From: Fidelibacterota bacterium
Lineage (GTDB): Bacteria; Fidelibacterota; Marinisomatia; Marinisomatales; TCS55
NCBI GenBank assembly: GCA_046861385.1
Contig: JBHHTW010000048.1
Location: 1 to 12,485 of the forward strand
DNA length: 12,485 nt
Direction: 5' to 3'
Shown: piece after piece, positions 7,648 through 12,485 of the stretch
Layout: every line of letters starts with the position of its first letter
Numbering within the stretch: position 1 is the stretch's first letter
The notes under the pieces: model-generated
Told to the model about the DNA's origin: nothing
Databases searched by the model: none
Seen by the model: only the letters and a program-made list of their open reading frames with translations
Position numbers and translations under genes: made by a program

Positions 7648-9497
7648 TATTTGCTTCCCAATAATTCATTTACTTTTTTAATGATCCGCCCTTTACCTAT
7701 TGGCTTACCTCGTACCAAATTTAATCCCTTTGCATCGACTAAATATTCAGCACGAATCACTTTTATTAATTGCCCTAAATTGATCTCTGGAATTAGGATT
7801 TGGTTGAAATTCTTTAATATTTCTCCCAAATCACTGGGTAATGGATTCAACCATCGTAAATGTACATGGCTTACAGATTTTCCTTCTGCCTGTAAATCTT
7901 CAGTCGCTGCAAGACACGACCCTTTTGTCCCCCCCCAGCTTAGCAACAATAATTCACCAGTATCTTTACCAAATATTTTGGTCGGCGGAATATCTTGAAC
8001 GATATTATCAACTTTCCTCTGGCGCGTATGTGTCATATGAAGATGATTATCAGGGTCGTGGCTTACAATTCCGGTAATATCTTCTTTTTCCAAACCACCA
8101 ATCCGATGTTCCAACCCTTTTGTCCCAGGGATCGCCCACGGACGAGCCAATGTCCCCTTCGATCTCATATAGGGCATAAATTGTCCATCAATGAGATTTG
8201 ATGTGTCAGCAAATTTAACTTTAATGGGACTCAAATCGTCCACATTTGGAATCAGCCAAGGTTCTGACCCATTTGCGAGATACCCATCTGTAAGAACGAA
8301 TACCGGCGTCATATATTTTAAAGCGATTCTACACGCCTCATAAGCAACGTAAAAACAATCGCCCGGTGTGGCAGGAGCAATCACTGGTATCGGAGCTTCC
8401 CCGTTGCGTCCATAAAGTGCTTGAAACAAATCTGCTTGTTCTGTCTTGGTGGGCAAACCCGTGCTGGGGCCTCCCCGCTGAACATTTACAATGACCATGG
8501 GAAGTTCTGCAATAACTGCTAAACCTAAGGCTTCTCCTTTCAGAGCGATTCCCGGACCCGAAGAAGCCGTAACAGCAAGATTCCCGGCGAAAGCGGCACC
8601 AATAATAGATGTCATACCGGCAATTTCATCTTCAGCCTGAAATGTTTTTACATTATGATGTTTTAACGCAGAAAGAGTATGCAGAATATCACTGGCAGGT
8701 GTGATTGGATACCCGCCAAAAAATAAAGGCAGTTTTGATTTTTCAGCAGCAGCCACTAATCCGAATGTTAGTGCGTAATTCCCAACAACATTTCTGTATT
8801 TTCCAGGAGGCAGATCTGCTTTAGATACTTGATATCGTGTAGTGAATATTTCAGCCGTATCTCCATAATTATATCCGGCATTCAAAGCTCGAACATTTGC
8901 CTCAACCAACTCAGGCCTTTTGGCAAATTTCTTTCTTAACCACTCTTTCGTTGAATCCAATGGTCTGTCAAAAATCCAGAATAGAAGCCCCAGCGCAAAC
9001 AAATTTTTTGTTCGTTGTACTGTCTTAGATGAAATACCCATATCAGCGCATGCTTCTGAAACGAATTTATTCATATCAATAGCAAATACATTAAAATAAT
9101 CAACTAACGTTTCATCCTCTAGTGGATTTGATTCATATCCTGCAAAAGTCAAATTCTTTTTTGTAAAAGAAGCTGTGTTGCAAATAAGCATACCACCCGG
9201 TTCTAATTCACTACGATGGACTTTTAACGCGGCAGGATTCATGGCAACTAATACATCCACCTTATCCCCAGGGGTATGAATATTTTTTGAACTGAAATGT
9301 ATTTGAAATGCGCTCACGCCTGCGAGTGAACCAGCAGGAGCACGGATCTCCGCCGGGTAATCTGGTAATGTGCTTAAATCATTTCCAACAATGGCAGTCG
9401 CTTCAGTAAATCGTCCGCCGGTAAGCTGCATCCCATCCCCGGAATCCCCGGCAAAACGAATGACCACATCATCAATAGTTTTTAGTGTCTTACTCAT
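7647..9497 (-). CDS. korA: 2-oxoacid:acceptor oxidoreductase alpha subunit (gamma-alpha fusion)
   Basis: FAGDSGDGMQL gamma domain, YPITP, QAEDE, QRGGPSTGLPT and EHRIGGLEK. Confidence 0.93.
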   Translation of the reverse strand: MSKTLKTIDDVVIRFAGDSGDGMQLTGGRFTEATAIVGNDLSTLPDYPAEIRAPAGSLAGVSAFQIHFSSKNIHTPGDKVDVLVAMNPAALKVHRSELEPGGMLICNTASFTKKNLTFAGYESNPLEDETLVDYFNVFAIDMNKFVSEACADMGISSKTVQRTKNLFALGLLFWIFDRPLDSTKEWLRKKFAKRPELVEANVRALNAGYNYGDTAEIFTTRYQVSKADLPPGKYRNVVGNYALTFGLVAAAEKSKLPLFFGGYPITPASDILHTLSALKHHNVKTFQAEDEIAGMTSIIGAAFAGNLAVTASSGPGIALKGEALGLAVIAELPMVIVNVQRGGPSTGLPTKTEQADLFQALYGRNGEAPIPVIAPATPGDCFYVAYEACRIALKYMTPVFVLTDGYLANGSEPWLIPNVDDLSPIKVKFADTSNLIDGQFMPYMRSKGTLARPWAIPGTKGLEHRIGGLEKEDITGIVSHDPDNHLHMTHTRQRKVDNIVQDIPPTKIFGKDTGELLLLSWGGTKGSCLAATEDLQAEGKSVSHVHLRWLNPLPSDLGEILKNFNQILIPEINLGQLIKVIRAEYLVDAKGLNLVRGKPIGKGRIIKKVNELLGSK

Positions 9498-9575
9498 GAA
9501 ATATATTGATCTGAATATTAAGAATTAAATATAAAACGACCAGAAATTATTGGGTCCACTTGGAGGTTAATAGTG

Positions 9576-9589
9576 TTGATTTCAATCGA
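9576..9589. promoter_or_regulatory. FNR/CRP-family-like box
   Basis: TTGAT-ttca-ATCGA is a 9/10 match to TTGAT-N4-ATCAA, lying in the divergent korA / ORF9718 intergenic region. Confidence 0.3.
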
Positions 9590-9611
9590 TTATATTACCT
9601 GTGCGAAATCA

Positions 9612-9641
9612 AATTTACCAATGTGTTTATACGTAAATCAA
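9612..9641 (-). promoter_or_regulatory. Putative promoter of korAB-fumC
   Basis: Minus strand TTGATT(9641-9636)-N18-TAAATT(9617-9612) with an extended -10 TG. Confidence 0.4.
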
Positions 9642-9676
9642 TTGGATTAGTAGCAGATTATGATGTCGATGAGAAA

Positions 9677-9705
9677 TTGCACTTTATCGCCTATCGCCGT
9701 AAACT
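9677..9705 (+). promoter_or_regulatory. Putative sigma70 promoter of the ORF9718-selD unit
   Basis: TTGCAC(9677-9682)-N17-TAAACT(9700-9705), 12 nt before an ATG that lacks an SD. The spacer contains a TATCGCC tandem repeat. Confidence 0.5.
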
Positions 9706-9717
9706 TGGCGTACTTCT

Positions 9718-10518
9718 ATGAGTCCTAAGCATAATCCGAGTCAACTATCTATCTTCCCGGAGCTATCCGGGGATGTATCTTCACCGTCTATTGCCACCAT
9801 CCCTGAATTCGATAAAGCACTGGGTAATTTAATTAAAATGAGCGATCTTGGGGCATTCATCCAAATTAATATCCATGGTATCGATAAATCTTATTCCCTG
9901 AATCTAAATGAGATCCAAATTCCCCCCGATTTTCTCCAGAAGAAGACAACGTCAATAACTGTTCACTTATTTTCTAATGAAATTAAGAATGATCTGAAAA
10001 ATTTAACCTACGATTTGAAATCATTTTTTAATCCAGGAAATTCATTTAATACATCCTTTGGCTATTTTTTATTTCGAAGTCATTTTCCCCTTTGGAAATC
10101 ATACTTAAAACAATGTGAGCAAACCATTAATGATTACATTTCCACTACATTAGGAAAAGGTGTTTTTGGGCATTATTTCTTAAACCTTTTTCAAAAAGGG
10201 TATTCCTTCATTAAAGATAGCGCAGACGTAAGGGCTCCCTGGGTTTTCAGAAAAAAAATATTATTGAAAGACATCCAAGAATTACGACATCAACATTTAA
10301 AAAATGGTGCGACAATTTCGTCCTTGATTCCGACCGATCTAGATTATCCCTTTCAATTAATGGTATTGAAAACAGCACATATTCCCATGGTCCTCCATCA
10401 ATATCAGGCTCAAGTTCATGTGCATTCCGTTTTTAAAACAATTCATTTAGATTATCTTGTTGATATCGAAATCAATACAATTGAAGATGTACGGAAATTA
10501 ACTAAAAAGCTAAAATGA
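9718..10518 (+). CDS. Hypothetical soluble protein, 266 aa
   Basis: Long ORF filling the gap, with a candidate promoter upstream and a stop overlapping the selD start (ATGA). No confident family assignment. Confidence 0.8.
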   Translation: MSPKHNPSQLSIFPELSGDVSSPSIATIPEFDKALGNLIKMSDLGAFIQINIHGIDKSYSLNLNEIQIPPDFLQKKTTSITVHLFSNEIKNDLKNLTYDLKSFFNPGNSFNTSFGYFLFRSHFPLWKSYLKQCEQTINDYISTTLGKGVFGHYFLNLFQKGYSFIKDSADVRAPWVFRKKILLKDIQELRHQHLKNGATISSLIPTDLDYPFQLMVLKTAHIPMVLHQYQAQVHVHSVFKTIHLDYLVDIEINTIEDVRKLTKKLK

Positions 10519-11561
10519 AAACAAAAGAGCAGATTCGACTATCTACGCTGTCTCACGGTAGCGGATGAGCATGTAAAATAGGTCCAAAAGACCTGACCCA
10601 GGTTCTGGGGCAGCTCAATTTACCCAAGGATGATCGTGTACTCGTTGGCTTTGATGGCGCTGACGACGCAGCCGCTGTGCGTCTCGATGGTAATCAAACC
10701 ATTATCCAAACAGTGGACTTTTTTACTCCTGTTGTGGATGACCCCTATTTATTTGGACAGATTGCTGCAGCAAATTCCTTGTCTGACATTTATGCAATGG
10801 GTGCAACCCCATTATTTGCATTGAATATTGTTTGTTTTCCTATAAATGAATTACCTAAATCTATGCTGACGGCCATCTTGCAAGGCGGGATAGATAAAGC
10901 GTCTGAAGCAGGAATTTCGATTGTTGGAGGCCATTCGGTAGATGATCACGAACCGAAATATGGGCTGGTTGTAACCGGAATAGCTGATAAGAATAAACTA
11001 ATTCGGAATAACAGCGCTCAACCAGGTGATACTTTAATCCTGACTAAACCACTTGGAACAGGTATTATTGCCACAGCTATAAAAAAGGGCATCGCTGAAA
11101 CAAATCAAATTCATGCTGCTGTGCAATCAATGTCCACACTGAATAGAGCAGCTGCGGATGCGATGAATGGTTTGGATGTTCATGCTGCAACAGACATTAC
11201 CGGTTTTGGGCTTTTAGGACATTTATTGGAAATGTGCCAGGCCAGCAAAGTTTCCGCTGAAATAGATTTCAAAAAATTAAAATTTTTACCCGGCGTGAAA
11301 GAACTGGCAGCAGAAGACATAATACCGGGAGGCTCAAAGAGGAATCTTGAATTTGTAAAAGAGGAAGTACATTTTCAAGATTTACGATCAAAAACAGATC
11401 AATTGTTAGCCGCAGACGCTCAAACGTCCGGAGGACTACTAATTTCACTCCCCGATGAAGATGCCGAAAAATATCTTGAGATTTTTAATATTTCCTCACC
11501 ATTTACAGCTTTCAAGATTGGAAAAATTATACAAAAATCAGACATGGCTATTTCTATCTGA
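10515..11561 (+). CDS. selD: Selenide, water dikinase (selenophosphate synthetase), selenocysteine-containing, 348 aa
   Basis: From ATG 10515 the frame reads MKTKEQIRLSTLSHGSG-U(TGA 10566-10568)-ACKIGPKDL...DDAAAV and continues into the tracked ORF. Motifs QTVDFFTP, FGQIAAANSLSDIYAMG, GGHS, LTKPLGTG, TDITGFGLLGH and QTSGGLL. Confidence 0.95.
10580..10613 (+). promoter_or_regulatory. Candidate bacterial SECIS element
   Basis: Hairpin CTG-A-CCCAG-GTT-CTGGG-G-CAG (10593-10613) with a G-starting loop 33 nt after the UGA. It is preceded by the hairpin AGGTC-CAAAA-GACCT (10580-10594). Confidence 0.55.
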
Positions 11562-11623
11562 ACCACAAAATAATAATCACAACCGATAAAAATATCCACA
11601 ATTGATATTCTGGTTATTATAAC

Positions 11624-11652
11624 TTGAAAGTCGATATATTCTATCATAGAAT
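11624..11652 (+). promoter_or_regulatory. Near-consensus sigma70 promoter with overlapping palindrome
   Basis: TTGAAA(11624-11629)-N17-TAGAAT(11647-11652). The inverted repeat ATTCTAT-C-ATAGAAT (11638-11652) covers the -10 box. Confidence 0.55.
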
Positions 11653-11888
11653 TACTACATAGGATATTTAAGTCTCATTACCTTTAGACCGTTTCTAATA
11701 TGAAAGACGATAGTATCACGATACACTGTTACACGATAAAAGCTGATATTTTAGGATGAATTATCCTACAATCAATCTTTTTCATAACCGATCCCGGTTT
11801 ACCAACCGAAGAAATTCCGAACCCTATCATCTGCCTCTTGCCTCCCCCATATTTGCCAATACCGGGATAAATTTTAAGGAGGTATACT

Positions 11889-12158
11889 ATGAAACCAAAC
11901 TGCTGGGATTACATGAAATGCGGTCGCGAGTTTGGCGGAAATAACGTAAAAGAATACGGTGTATGTCCGGCAGTGACATATACTGCTTTTCATCGAATAA
12001 ACGAAGGATATAATGGCGGACGTTATTGTTGGGAAATAGTCGGAACCTTCCCCACAAGCAATCTTCGCTGCTCCCATGCGGCTCTAATCAAAGATTGCAC
12101 ATTATGTAAATTCTACAAACTTGTAGAGAAAGAATCTGGGAATCAGTTTGTCGTATAA
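11889..12158 (+). CDS. Small Cys-rich two-CW-domain-type protein
   Basis: Strong SD TAAGGAGGT (11875-11883). The pattern NCW-x4-CGRE...GVCPA...NGGRxCW-x3-GT...CxxC-x-FY matches the two-CW family as I recall it. Seven Cys in total. Confidence 0.8.
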   Translation: MKPNCWDYMKCGREFGGNNVKEYGVCPAVTYTAFHRINEGYNGGRYCWEIVGTFPTSNLRCSHAALIKDCTLCKFYKLVEKESGNQFVV

Positions 12159-12264
12159 CAAATCTAACCTGGATTATTCATCAGAAAGAAAATATTTGTC
12201 ACAGGCACAGAAATGAGTGGGGATGATAGAATTATGCTGGTAAGTAATTATTTAAAACAGCCTG

Positions 12265-12280
12265 TCCCGAAGCTTCGGGA
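12265..12280. repeat. Perfect 16-bp palindrome TCCCGAAGCTTCGGGA (REP-like)
   Basis: Self-complementary GC-rich sequence in an AT-rich stretch. Confidence 0.6.
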
Positions 12281-12456
12281 TAATTATGTAAAGGAACAAG
12301 ATTTACGTTTTACATATTTACCTGCCCGCCCCCTTTTATTCATTCCAATCGGGGCAGGCGAGCGTTTTATGCTCGATACTGATCCAAACTTTTTTTATCG
12401 AAACTGCACTTTTTCAAAACTGGTGAATTAATGAGTTTAATAAAGGATAAATATTA

Positions 12457-12485
12457 ATGAGTTACTGGCGAGTTCCACTGGATAT
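12457..12485 (+). CDS. Possible start of a gene running off the window (MSYWRVPLD...)
   Basis: AAAGGA (12442-12447) lies 9 nt before ATG 12457, and the frame is open to the window end. Too short to verify. Confidence 0.25.

Noticed and set aside
175-8201. Short alternative-frame or antisense ORFs (175-369, 253-495, 662-919, 892-1074, 1361-1645, 2197-2430, 3223-3549, 4306-4560, 4507-4707, 5444-5815, 6047-6229, 7651-7998, 7841-8077, 7995-8201)
   Set aside because: All are shadows of well-supported genes and lack protein-like motifs.
10677-11561. SelD starting at GTG 10677 as in the ORF track, or selD as a pseudogene
   Set aside because: This start would omit the catalytic N-terminal loop. The upstream frame is intact and the only stop falls exactly on the Cys/Sec position.
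11700-11870. Possible second UGA read-through ORF (MKDDSITIHCYTIKADILG-TGA-IILQS...)
   Set aside because: No SD, no redox-motif context, no hairpin I can defend as a SECIS, and no recognisable homology.
10630-12077. ORFs 10630-10824, 11420-11647, 11756-11944 and 11874-12077
   Set aside because: They overlap selD or the two-CW gene in other frames or strands, with no independent support.
12213-12431. 72-aa ORF
   Set aside because: No SD or recognisable motif, and it runs through palindromic repeats. Probably spurious, though not excluded.
12427-12463. Direct repeat ATTAATGAGTT x2 as a CRISPR or att site
   Set aside because: Only 11 bp, two copies, AT-rich, 15-nt gap, and no cas or integrase gene in view.

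Overview
Bacterial chromosomal window, AT-rich and mostly housekeeping. Gene styles suggest the FCB superphylum, possibly Marinimicrobia (inference). Order: degenerate heptamer repeats; tRNA-His(GUG) (-); lptF-like permease overlapping a divergent pyrimidine-nucleoside/thymidine phosphorylase (+); a ~140-nt self-complementary intergenic element holding a 31-codon ORF (-); class A PBP (-); a korA-korB-fumC operon (-). A divergent promoter region is followed by a 266-aa unknown protein coupled by an ATGA overlap to selenophosphate synthetase SelD. The ORF track truncates SelD: it starts at 10515 and has an in-frame UGA at the catalytic position (selenocysteine), followed by a candidate SECIS hairpin. 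A Cys-rich two-CW-type protein with its own promoter and a long, possibly structured leader comes next. The best leads are the unknown-gene/Sec-selD unit, the 2882-3058 structured element and the two-CW leader.
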